A stretch of DNA of 64,000 nucleotides from a bacterium (GTDB lineage Bacteria > UBA8248). The notes beneath the pieces were generated by a model. It saw only the letters and a list, made by a program, of their open reading frames with translations. It was not told the DNA's origin and searched no databases. Made by a program: the position numbers and the translations under genes. The stretch spans positions 384,001-448,000 of the forward strand of contig OY843592.1 of the NCBI GenBank assembly GCA_963692865.2, read 5' to 3'. Shown here one piece after another: positions 30,858 through 39,776 of the stretch (positions are counted from its first letter, which is position 1; the number at the start of each line of letters is the position of its first letter).

Positions 30858-31556
30858 GGGGTTGTCGAAAAACCTCACCTCGCTCGATCGATTCCTCCCT
30901 CATCGGGGCTGTTGAAAAACCCCCGGGAAGCAATTTTGAGTTGTGCGCGCGCTTTTGAATTTCACTCCCCCCTTGAGGGTCGGCCTTTCCGCCTCGGGAA
31001 GGCCGACGGCAAGACGAGGGCGAAGCCCGAAGTCGCGCCGGTGGGGGGAGCTTTTTCCTGTGGCTTGTCCCCCCACCGAATCGGCCTTCGCCCAAGGGCC
31101 CGGCCTCTTCGTCGGGCTTTCCCCTCGGGAAGCCCGACCCCCAAGGGGCTGTTGAAAAATCCGTCCCTCTCGGATCAACCACGTTTTACCCGCAGGGGCC
31201 GTTCGCGAACGTGGGGCGTTCATCAACGCCCCGCCCCGGAGAAGAAACGGGCGCTTCACGAAGCGCCCCTACGGTCGTCTTTCAAGAGGGTGTGTAGGTC
31301 AGACATATATGTCCGACATATCATGCGGCCCGGCCTTTTCGCCCCTCCGGCGGCGGGCCGCATGATATGCGGCCCCTACAAAACCATCGCCCCTTTTGCC
31401 TATGCTCGTCATTTCGGCTTTCGCCGGAATGGCGGTGGTTTTCCCGCATTGAGGAGACTTTTTCAACAACCCCGACAAGGGGGGTAGGGGGGGCCGCCTT
31501 TACCCCGTCAGGAAAGTTTTTCAGCAGCTTCTTCTCAGGGGGCTTTTTCAACTATC
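30858..31556. mobile_element. Nested MITE/REP mosaic
   Basis: Several GGCTGTTGAAAAA / TTTTTCAACA ends (about 30907, 31147, 31457, 31541) with internal GTAGGTCAGACATATATGTC and GGGCCGCATGATATGCGGCCCCTAC palindromes. Confidence 0.68.
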
Positions 31557-31576
31557 CCGCTTGGCGCGCCCCCGCC

Positions 31577-32935
31577 TCACGCCTTCCTGAAGCGCCGGCC
31601 GTACATCGTTCGCCCGTAGAAGTTGAACCACTTCCTCGCTTCCGGGTCGCGGAACGGGTAGTCCGCCCCGAGCTGCCGGGCAGCGGCGAGGCCGGTCACG
31701 AAACAGGTCTCCTGGCTGTTGATGAGCGTGTGGGCGCCGCAGTGCCACGTCCGTCTCCTGCCCTGGACGAAGCGGAACATCGGCATGAGCAGGGCCACGT
31801 GGCGCACGTCGTGCACGATGTGCTGGAACCACCACCGCTTGATGATCATCCCTTCGTCGATGGGGCTGACGGGGTTGTACGTCACCAGGCAGGGCTTGTC
31901 CGAGCGCTTCGCCCAAGGCTGCTGGTTGTGCATGATGTAGGTGATCTCGTAGTTGTCGGGCCGCGCGCCGTACTGCTCGATGTGGTTGCTCCGCGTTTCG
32001 AGCGCCCGCACGCCGCTCTCGGGCAGCACCGAGGCGTCCGAATGGACGACCGTGTGGTTGTGCAGTTCGCTCTCATAGCGGATCGAGGAGAGGAGCCAGC
32101 TCTCGAGGCGCGTCGGCGCGTCCAGCATCATCAGCGTCTGGTTCGCGTTGCACGCGAAAACGGCGTCGTCGAACGTCTCGGCCTTCCCCTCCTCGTCCTC
32201 CACGACGACTTCCGATGCGCCCCGGTACACCTTCCGGACCGGGCGGCTCAGGTAAATCCTGTCCTTGAAGTCCGCCGTCAACTCCTCGTAGATGCGCCGC
32301 GTGCCGCGCTCCCAAGTCTGCATCGGCGTGGCGGTTTCGATGTCGAAGAACTCCAGGTACCGCGAGAAGAGCGACGCCGGCATGTCGAACACGTTGGTGG
32401 CCATCAGGAAGTTCACGAACATGGGCTTGAGTATCTTGTACCGGAAATCGCCCGAAAATCGCCCCAGGTTCAAGACCGCGCCCATGCTCACGTAGTTGAA
32501 CGGGTTGAGCGCCGCCAGGAGTCTGGAGCGCGAGCGGCTGAGCGCGCCGAACCACTTGAGGCGTCTTAAGAGTTTCTGGAACTTCTCGATCTCGGGCCGG
32601 AGCTCCCGCCGGATGTCGGAGTCGAAATCGTGCGCGTAGACGCCGCCGCGGTACTTCACGCTGTAGCTGAACCGGGTGTCGAGCAGCTCGATGCCGTACA
32701 TCCGCATCAGCAGGAGGATGTGGTGGTACACCGAGGGGATGCAGGCGGTTACGGAGATGTCGAAGGGGATCGAGGCGCCGTCGTCCTGCGGCATGTCGGC
32801 GGTGACGGCGTTGCCGCCCACCTGCGCCTGCGCTTCGAACACGCGGAAGTCGAACCTCTCGGGGCGGCGGTTCAGCGCCCAGGCCGCCCCCAGCCCCGAG
32901 ACCCCCGCGCCGATGATGGCGACTCTTCTCGGCAT
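31577..32935 (-). CDS. FAD-dependent oxidoreductase (amine oxidase-like, NAD/FAD-binding)
   Basis: VAIIGAGVSGLGAA Rossmann motif, FEAQAQVGGNA, QGRRRTWHCGA. Confidence 0.85.
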   Translation of the reverse strand: MPRRVAIIGAGVSGLGAAWALNRRPERFDFRVFEAQAQVGGNAVTADMPQDDGASIPFDISVTACIPSVYHHILLLMRMYGIELLDTRFSYSVKYRGGVYAHDFDSDIRRELRPEIEKFQKLLRRLKWFGALSRSRSRLLAALNPFNYVSMGAVLNLGRFSGDFRYKILKPMFVNFLMATNVFDMPASLFSRYLEFFDIETATPMQTWERGTRRIYEELTADFKDRIYLSRPVRKVYRGASEVVVEDEEGKAETFDDAVFACNANQTLMMLDAPTRLESWLLSSIRYESELHNHTVVHSDASVLPESGVRALETRSNHIEQYGARPDNYEITYIMHNQQPWAKRSDKPCLVTYNPVSPIDEGMIIKRWWFQHIVHDVRHVALLMPMFRFVQGRRRTWHCGAHTLINSQETCFVTGLAAARQLGADYPFRDPEARKWFNFYGRTMYGRRFRKA

Positions 32936-33022
32936 CTTCGCTCACTCGTTGGCCAAGGATGAAAGACGCCCCCAAGGATAAACGCGATTGCGCGAAAGGG
33001 GAAGGGCAAACGCGATTGATGA
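32829..33022. repeat. ~195-bp direct repeat, copy 1 (5' end and upstream region of the oxidoreductase gene)
   Basis: Near-identical to 34444-34640 by direct comparison. Confidence 0.9.
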
Positions 33023-33024
33023 GG

Positions 33025-33310
33025 GGTTGTTGAAAAACCCCGAGAGGGAGGGTTTGCCGTCATTCCGGCGCATGCCGGAATCCAGGGAATTTGTTTTTGC
33101 CTTGTCGGTTTTGGCAGTCGTTCGGCGGTGTTGCCTTCCTCGTCAGCTCTGGATTCCGGCATCCGCCGGAATGACGATCAAAAGCATATCCGCCGTAGGG
33201 ACTACGCGAGACGCGATGGTTCTGTAGGGGAGGACCTGTGTGTCCTCCCCCGCACGTCGTTTTGGTCGTGAGCCTGACGTAGGGGCGGTTCGCGAACCGA
33301 CCCTACGGTG
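33025..33310. repeat. REP/MITE mosaic (GTCATTCCGG..CCGGAATCC pair and GTAGGGG palindromes)
   Basis: GGTTGTTGAAAAAC end; inverted GTCATTCCGGCGCATGCCGGAATCCAG / CTGGATTCCGGCATCCGCCGGAATGAC; GTAGGGGCGGTTCGCGAACCGACCCTAC. Confidence 0.65.
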
Positions 33311-33420
33311 GATGTGGGTATTGCTCGTCATTCCCTCATCTCTCAGCTTCAGCGCCGAATCACGAAATCAGGGTTTTTTACCGGTCCTCCTCGGTCAAGA
33401 CTGATTGCCAACGGGAAAAT

Positions 33421-33505
33421 TATTCACGCCTATTAGGTAAAATATCGTGAATAAAGAGCATATTCTGCGCATCATTCACGATAAATTGATATTTTAACGT
33501 GAATG
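33421..33505. promoter_or_regulatory. Tandem palindromic operator-like sites upstream of fic
   Basis: ATTCACG-N17-CGTGAAT occurs twice (33422-33452, 33474-33504) in an AT-rich promoter region. Confidence 0.62.
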
Positions 33506-33520
33506 AAGTATGTTCATGGC

Positions 33521-34411
33521 ATGGCTACTCCGGGACCGACAAGAGATCGCATCGGGGCTCTCAAGCGCGAATACGACGCCTTGCGCCGGGGCAGGGAATC
33601 GCTTCTGGCGATGATCGACGAGGTGGAAGCGCCCGAGAGCGTCTACAACTCGAACGCGATAGAAAACTCCACCCTCACCCTCGATGAGACCGAAAGAATC
33701 CTGCTGGAGCAATCCCTCTCGCGCGAGGTGTCCGTGCGGGAGGTCTTCGAGGCCAGGAACCTGGCGCGGGTCACCGAATACAAGCGCGCGCGCGCGGAAG
33801 AGGGCGAACTGGACGAGGAGTTGATACTGCTCTTGCACCGGATGCTCATCGGCGGCATCGACGACGGAATCGCGGGCCGCTTTCGGGGGCGGGGGGAGTA
33901 CGTGCGCGTGGGCGCGCACATCGCGCCGGCGCCCGAGCACGTGGAGCGCATGATGGAGAACGTCCTCCTCACATATTCGAGCGATCTGGATTCCTACTTC
34001 CTGGACAAGATCGCGCGCTTTCATCTCGACTTCGAGACGATTCACCCCTTCTGCGACGGCAACGGCCGCATCGGGCGGGTGATCATCAATTTCCAGCTTC
34101 TGCGGCTCGGCCTGCCGCGCCTCATCGTCCGCAACTCGGACAAGGAGCGCTACTACCGGGCGTTTGATGATTACAGAGACCGCCGGACGGCCCGGACGAT
34201 GGAGAGCATCCTCTCGCTCGCGCTGCTGGAGTCGCTCCACAAGCGGGTGACCTACCTGCGGGGCGAACCGGTCGCGCGGCTCTCCGACTACATCAGGAAG
34301 GGAGGCCTCTCGGCCCCCGCCGCCACCAACGCCGCCCGCCGCCAGACCATCCCCGCCTTCCGGGAGAGGGGCGTGTGGAAGATCGGGGAGGGGGAGTCGG
34401 TCAAGGATTGA
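33521..34411 (+). CDS. Fic family protein with C-terminal putative DNA-binding extension
   Basis: YNSNAIENS inhibitory-helix motif and canonical HPFCDGNGRIGR; alternative start 33503. Confidence 0.93.
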   Translation: MATPGPTRDRIGALKREYDALRRGRESLLAMIDEVEAPESVYNSNAIENSTLTLDETERILLEQSLSREVSVREVFEARNLARVTEYKRARAEEGELDEELILLLHRMLIGGIDDGIAGRFRGRGEYVRVGAHIAPAPEHVERMMENVLLTYSSDLDSYFLDKIARFHLDFETIHPFCDGNGRIGRVIINFQLLRLGLPRLIVRNSDKERYYRAFDDYRDRRTARTMESILSLALLESLHKRVTYLRGEPVARLSDYIRKGGLSAPAATNAARRQTIPAFRERGVWKIGEGESVKD

Positions 34412-34443
34412 CCCCGGCGCCGGATGCGCCGCCGACACACGCA

Positions 34444-34640
34444 TGCGCTTCGAACACGCGGAAGTCGAACCCCTCGGGGTGGCGGTTCAGCGCCCAGGCC
34501 GCCCCCAGCCCCGAGACCCCCGCGCCGATGATGGCGACTCTTCTCGGCATCTCCGCTCACTCGTTGGCCAAGGATGAAAAACGCCCCCAAGGATAAACGC
34601 GATTGCGTGATGAGGGAAGGGGGTCAAACACGATTGATGA
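34444..34640. repeat. ~195-bp direct repeat, copy 2 (truncated duplicate of oxidoreductase 5' end)
   Basis: Encodes MPRRVAIIGAGVSGLGAAWALNRHPEGFDFRVFEA on the minus strand, then breaks off. Confidence 0.9.
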
Positions 34641-34739
34641 ACGAGCGTTTGACGCGAGTGAGGAGGGAGCGATTGTATCAGGATGATTGCGGGGGCCGGA
34701 TGTTGACCTCCGCGTCAGGTCCGCCTCGTACCGGAATGA

Positions 34740-34772
34740 TTATGATGCCGAAGTGTCCGTGAAGAGAATCAA
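34740..34772 (-). pseudogene. PIN/VapC toxin N-terminal remnant
   Basis: TTG start overlapping hicB-like stop (TTGA); reads MILFTDTSAS*, matching the PIN first-strand hhDTSA motif. Confidence 0.5.
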
Positions 34773-35059
34773 GCGTATTCAGGAGCTGTATTGCTGTACG
34801 ATTCTTCCGTCCATCCCGAATACGTCGTGTTCAGATTCTCGTTGGTTCGAATGATGCGCCCGTGGTGTTCCATCATGGATTCGCAAATGCCGCCTATCGC
34901 TTCAATGATATTCGCAATGGCGCTTTCCCTGGTGTCGCCCTCTGAGATGCACCCTTCCAGGTCAAGACACTCGACGACATACCCACCGTCCGTTTCATCC
35001 GGCTCCAGCGAAACCTGAAATGGTCCATGATCCGACGTGTTGATGATGTATCGCTCCAT
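34769..35059 (-). CDS. HicB-family antitoxin
   Basis: LEPDETDGGYVVECLDLEGCISEGDTRESAIANIIEAI. Confidence 0.85.
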   Translation of the reverse strand: MERYIINTSDHGPFQVSLEPDETDGGYVVECLDLEGCISEGDTRESAIANIIEAIGGICESMMEHHGRIIRTNENLNTTYSGWTEESYSNTAPEYA

Positions 35060-35080
35060 GATTCGATGCTCCCGCTGTTT

Positions 35081-35182
35081 TTATCCTGCCCCATTCACTT
35101 CGTCATCCACTTTGGGCTGAGTGATGGGACCGAACTTGCTTTCATATTGCTCGATATTTTCACCCAGCGCCTCCGCCTGCAT
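35081..35182 (-). pseudogene. DUF3467-like protein C-terminal fragment
   Basis: EALGENIEQYESKFGPI matches the AL.ENI..YE.KFG.I end of DUF3467 proteins. Confidence 0.55.
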
Positions 35183-35330
35183 GGATTTTTACAGGAATAA
35201 TAGACGATCTTGCTCACTTACGGCAATTATGGCCAGGAGGCGGCAAGAACGCCCGTCGGGTTGGTTGCCATAGAAGAGGGTAGGGCGCTGTGGGAAAAGC
35301 GGTGAAGGTTGCTTGAATGAGGGTCACGAT

Positions 35331-35453
35331 AAAAAATAAACCCCCGGAGGGGCCGAAGCGTCGCGAGGGTTGAGTCGTTTCCCCGTTCGGGGAATTGCCT
35401 GCGAAGTTTTCTTCTTGTTATGAAAAGCAACGTAGGCATCGATCAGCTATAAT
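35331..35453 (-). ncRNA. tracrRNA
   Basis: 5'-ATTATAGCTGATCGATGCCTACGTTGCTTTTCATAAC is complementary to the crRNA repeat (lower stem UUCAUAAC:GUUGUGGA), followed by AAG nexus, hairpins and a CCCC..GGGG hairpin plus T tract. Confidence 0.85.
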
Positions 35454-35504
35454 CTGATATCCTGATACTTTATTTCTCATACATTGTCAATCGGGAGATT
35501 CATT

Positions 35505-38500
35505 ATGCCGCATCTCACGCTCGGGCTCGACCTCGGCCCGAACTCCATCGGCTGGGCGCTCGTCGAAGAGGACGAGTCCGGCAGCCCGCAAGGTCTCGAA
35601 GCCGCCGGCGTCCGCGTTTTTCAGGAAATGGTCGACAGGCAGAAGAAGACCCCGAAGAACCACAAGCGGCGCGACGCGCGCCAGGCCCGCCGCCAGCGCG
35701 CCAGAAGAAAAATGCGGCGCGACACCCTTACACGCGAACTCATCCGCTCCGGCCTTTTGCCGGAGAGCGCCGAGGATCGCCGGAAGTTATTCGGGTTCGA
35801 CCAGAAGAAAGAGGAGCAGAACGACCCCTACGAAATCAGAAAGCGCGGGCTGGACGATGAACTGACGCCGCACGAACTGGGCCGGGCTGTTTTCCACCTG
35901 AACCAGAGGCGGGGGTTTTTGAGCAACCGCAAGGTGCGCGATTCGGGAGACAAGAAAAAAGAAGACGGCGTGGTCAAAAAGGAGATTGGAGAACTCAGGA
36001 AGGAAATCGAGGAATCCGGCTCCCGGACGCTGGGCGAGTTTCTGGCGGATACGCCCAAAAAGAGAAACCGCCGCACGGAGCGGGCGATGTACGAGGAGGA
36101 GTTCGATGCTCTCTGGAAGAAGCAGGCGGCGTTCAAACCCGAACTGCTCACGGACGCGCTTCGCGCGCGAATTCGCAAAATCCTCTTCTTCCAGCGTCCC
36201 CTGAAGCTCCAGAAGTTTCTGGTCGGCAAATGCACTTTCGAGCCGCACAAGAAAAGGTGCCCCTGGTGCCGCCCCGAGGCGCAGTGGTTCAGGGCGCTCC
36301 AAGACGTGAACCATCTCGAAGTCAGAGTCCCCGAGACGGGCGGGTATCGCCCCCTCGACCAATCGGAAAGGGAAGTCATCAAAGAACAACTCCGGGAGAA
36401 GAAGACGCTCGGGTGGAACGGCGTCCGCAAGGCGCTGGGGTTTCACTCGGGCGAGACGTTCAATATCGAAGAGGGCGGGAAGAAGAACCTGATGGGCGCG
36501 CGCACGCTCATAGACGTCCGGAAAATCCTCACGAAAAAGACGTGGGAGGCCATGTCCGGCGAGCGGGAGGAGTTTCTGGACGAGTTGTTCAGTACCCACA
36601 AGGAAGAAACCCTGTTGAAGCGGCTGGAGAAGCGCTGGCGACTCTCCGATGAGAAGGCGGACGCTCTCCTGAATACGGAGTTTCAGCCCGGCTACGCGAG
36701 CCTCTCCCTCCGGGCGATTCGCAGAATCACGCCGCATCTGGAGAGAGGATTGAACTACCACGATGCCTGCCGGGCGGCAGGCTATCGGCATGAATACGAG
36801 AAGGAAATCGACGCGAAAGAAGCGCTCCCACGCGCTCCCGAACTCAGAAACCCCATCGTCCAGAAGGCGATCTACGAGGTGCGCAAGCTAGTGAATGCCG
36901 TCGTCCGCGAGTACGGGATGCCGAGGCGCATCCGTGTGGAGCTCGCGCGGGACCTGAAGATCGGTAAGAAGCAGAAAGACGCTCTGAACCGCCGGAACAG
37001 GCAAAACCGCGACCTGAACGACGAGGCGCGCAAGGTGATGGAGGAGGTGGGAGTTTCTGACAACGGGGCGAACAGGCTCAGATACCGGCTGTGGAAGCAG
37101 CAGAAGGGCCAGTGCCCCTACACGGGCGCGAGCATCGGCGCGCGCGATATTTTCAGCCCCGAATACGAGGTGGATCACGTTCTCCCCTACAGCCGGACGC
37201 TCGATGATTCCTACATGAACAAGGTGCTCTCCAAGGCTTCCGCCAACCGGGAGAAGGGGGACAGTACGCCTCATGAATGGAGGAGCGGCGATTCGGGAGA
37301 ATTCACCAAGATGCGCCAACGCGTATCTTCTATGAAGGACATGCCTTATTCCAAGAGAAGGCGCTTCGAGCAGAAAGAACTTGAACTCGATAAGTTTATC
37401 GAGCGCCAACTCAACGACACGCGCTACATCAGCCGCGAGGTGAAGGACTACCTCAAGGACCTGGGCGCGGACATGCAGATAACGACGGGACAAGCCACCG
37501 CCGCCCTGCGCCGTTTCTGGGATCTCAACAAGATTCTCGCCGTCGATTCGGACCTCGAAAAAAACCGCGCCGACCACCGCCACCACGCCATCGACGCGCT
37601 GGTCGTCGCTCTCACGAGCCGGAGCCTTTTCAAGAGCATTGCGGATATTGCCGCCGAATACCGGGAACACGCGGTTCTGGTTCTGAACCGGAGGCATTTT
37701 TCGCTCAGAGAACCCTGGCCCGGATTCATGGCCGACGTTCGCGGGGAGGTAGAGAAAATCGTCGTCTCCCATCAGCCGCTCAGGAAGATCAGCGGAGCCT
37801 TTCACGAGGAGACCGCCTACGGGCGTATCTCGCGCGACGGAGAGGACGTGTTCGTCCGAAGAGTCCCCCTCGAATCGCTCAGGCCGCCGCAGGTCGAGAA
37901 AATCGTCGACCGCCGCATCCGCGAACTCGTTCGGGAGCGCATGAAGGCTCACGACGGAAAAGCCAAGGACGCCTTCGCAAAGCCTCTCTATCTGGAGCAT
38001 TCAAACAAGGGAAAGGGCAGAACGCGAATCGAGACGGTGCGCGTCGCCGAGAACCTGAACCCGGACGGCCTATTCGGCGTCAAAAGAAAAGGAGAGGCGA
38101 AACCCTTCAAGTATTACGCATTGGGCAACAACCACCACGTTGAAATCATCGAGAATATAGAAACGGGCAGGCGTGCGGGCCGCGTCGTCACGGCCATGGA
38201 AGCGGCCCGGCGAGCGAGAAGGGCGCGGACCTCAATCGTCCGCCGCGACTGCGAGGAGGGCCAGCGGTTCGTGATGTCGCTCTCGATAAACGACGTGGTG
38301 AAGCTCGATGAGCCCGTGAACGGCTGCGATATGTACCGCGTTCAGAAAATTGGCAATATCGTAGCCACAGGGGCAATACAAATCACATTGCGAACACATG
38401 CAAGTGCTTCGATAGACGACAATGCAACACGACTACTTGTATCACCCAACACGCTCCGGGGACGCAAGATGTCCGTCGATCCCCTGGGCAAACTGGAGGC

Positions 38501-38513
38501 CGCCCATGATTAA
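35505..38513 (+). CDS. cas9: Type II-C CRISPR-associated endonuclease Cas9 (1002 aa)
   Basis: RuvC-I LGLDLGPNSIGWA, Arg-rich bridge helix, RuvC-II VELAR, HNH VDHVLPYS..DDSYMNKVL..ANREK, RuvC-III HHAIDALVVA. Confidence 0.97.
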   Translation: MPHLTLGLDLGPNSIGWALVEEDESGSPQGLEAAGVRVFQEMVDRQKKTPKNHKRRDARQARRQRARRKMRRDTLTRELIRSGLLPESAEDRRKLFGFDQKKEEQNDPYEIRKRGLDDELTPHELGRAVFHLNQRRGFLSNRKVRDSGDKKKEDGVVKKEIGELRKEIEESGSRTLGEFLADTPKKRNRRTERAMYEEEFDALWKKQAAFKPELLTDALRARIRKILFFQRPLKLQKFLVGKCTFEPHKKRCPWCRPEAQWFRALQDVNHLEVRVPETGGYRPLDQSEREVIKEQLREKKTLGWNGVRKALGFHSGETFNIEEGGKKNLMGARTLIDVRKILTKKTWEAMSGEREEFLDELFSTHKEETLLKRLEKRWRLSDEKADALLNTEFQPGYASLSLRAIRRITPHLERGLNYHDACRAAGYRHEYEKEIDAKEALPRAPELRNPIVQKAIYEVRKLVNAVVREYGMPRRIRVELARDLKIGKKQKDALNRRNRQNRDLNDEARKVMEEVGVSDNGANRLRYRLWKQQKGQCPYTGASIGARDIFSPEYEVDHVLPYSRTLDDSYMNKVLSKASANREKGDSTPHEWRSGDSGEFTKMRQRVSSMKDMPYSKRRRFEQKELELDKFIERQLNDTRYISREVKDYLKDLGADMQITTGQATAALRRFWDLNKILAVDSDLEKNRADHRHHAIDALVVALTSRSLFKSIADIAAEYREHAVLVLNRRHFSLREPWPGFMADVRGEVEKIVVSHQPLRKISGAFHEETAYGRISRDGEDVFVRRVPLESLRPPQVEKIVDRRIRELVRERMKAHDGKAKDAFAKPLYLEHSNKGKGRTRIETVRVAENLNPDGLFGVKRKGEAKPFKYYALGNNHHVEIIENIETGRRAGRVVTAMEAARRARRARTSIVRRDCEEGQRFVMSLSINDVVKLDEPVNGCDMYRVQKIGNIVATGAIQITLRTHASASIDDNATRLLVSPNTLRGRKMSVDPLGKLEAAHD

Positions 38514-39399
38514 ACGAATCGTCGAAATCGGAAGTCCCGCCCGTCTCTCGCTCAGCCGCAAGCAACTGAAAGTGGAGCGGGAGGAATTCGCCGCAGAGTC
38601 GCTCCCCGTGGAGGACCTGGGCGTCCTGATTCTCGACCACCCGGCCATCCGCCCCTCGCAGGGGCTGTTGTCCGAGTGCATGAAGAACAACGTCGCCGTC
38701 GTGATGTGCGACGAGAAGCACCTGCCCGCCTCCGTCCTCCTCCCGCTGGACGGACACACGCTGCACAGCAGGATCGTGAAGGAGCAGGCCGCCGCCACCC
38801 CCGGCAGGCTGAGCCGCCTGTGGCGGGCCATCGTGCGCGAGAAGATTCTCGCCCAGGCCGACGCGCTCGACGCCTTCGATGAATATGGAGAACCCCTGCG
38901 CGCCGTCGCCGGGCGCGCGGGGCGGGAGAACCCGGCCCAGGCCGAAGCCCGCGCCGCGAGAATGTACTGGCCGAGGATGTTCGGCGCGGATTTCAGGCGC
39001 AACCGCGCGCTTCCGGGCGTGAACCGGCTCCTGAACTACGGCTACTCGCTCATCCGCGCGGCCACGGCGCGCGCGGTCGTCGCCTCGGGTCTGCACCCCG
39101 CCTTCGGCCTGCACCACCACAACCAGTACGACGGCTTCTGCCTGGCGGACGACCTCATGGAGCCGCTCCGCCCGCTGGTGGACCGCCGGGTGCGCCGGAT
39201 GCGCGATGAGCCGGAGGAGTGGGGCGAGGAACTCGAACTGGAGAAGGAGGAGAAGCGCGAGCTTCTGGGCGTTCTGGCCGAGGACGTGCGGTTCGGCGGC
39301 AAGGCCTATCCCCTTCTCACCGCCCTTCAATACTACGCCGCGGGCGTCCGCCGCGTCGTCTGCGGGGAGGAGAAGGAAACGGAAATCCCCCGGCCATGA
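38506..39399 (+). CDS. cas1: Type II CRISPR-associated Cas1
   Basis: PVEDLG, VMCDEKHLP, EARAARMYW, LNYGY, GLHH.NQYDGFCLADDLMEP.RP. Confidence 0.96.
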   Translation: MIKRIVEIGSPARLSLSRKQLKVEREEFAAESLPVEDLGVLILDHPAIRPSQGLLSECMKNNVAVVMCDEKHLPASVLLPLDGHTLHSRIVKEQAAATPGRLSRLWRAIVREKILAQADALDAFDEYGEPLRAVAGRAGRENPAQAEARAARMYWPRMFGADFRRNRALPGVNRLLNYGYSLIRAATARAVVASGLHPAFGLHHHNQYDGFCLADDLMEPLRPLVDRRVRRMRDEPEEWGEELELEKEEKRELLGVLAEDVRFGGKAYPLLTALQYYAAGVRRVVCGEEKETEIPRP

Positions 39400-39725
39400 G
39401 CTTCGGGGGGTGGCGCAGCATGTGGCTCATGGTGATGTTCGATTTGCCGACCGACACCAAGGCGGCGCGCAAGGCCTATCAGGAGTTTCGGGGTTTCCTG
39501 CTCGAAGACGGCTTCACGATGCTTCAGTATTCGGTCTACGCCCGGCATTGTCCGAGTTCCGAGAACGCGGAGGTGCACGAGCGGCGCATCAACGCCGCCC
39601 TGCCCCCCGACGGGGAGGTGCGGCTCCTGCTCTTCACCGACAAGCAGTTCTCGCGGATGAAGATTTTCTATGGGAAGATACGCAAGGCGACGGAAAAGGC
39701 TCCCGAGCAGATCACGTTGTTCTGA
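39396..39725 (+). CDS. cas2: CRISPR-associated Cas2
   Basis: MWLMVMFDLPT, FRGFLLEDGFTMLQYSVY, TDKQF, QITLF. Confidence 0.96.
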   Translation: MSFGGWRSMWLMVMFDLPTDTKAARKAYQEFRGFLLEDGFTMLQYSVYARHCPSSENAEVHERRINAALPPDGEVRLLLFTDKQFSRMKIFYGKIRKATEKAPEQITLF

Positions 39726-39776
39726 CCTGTCTTCGGGAGCCTTGACCCAATCGGTTCAACCACTTGGAGAGAACCG

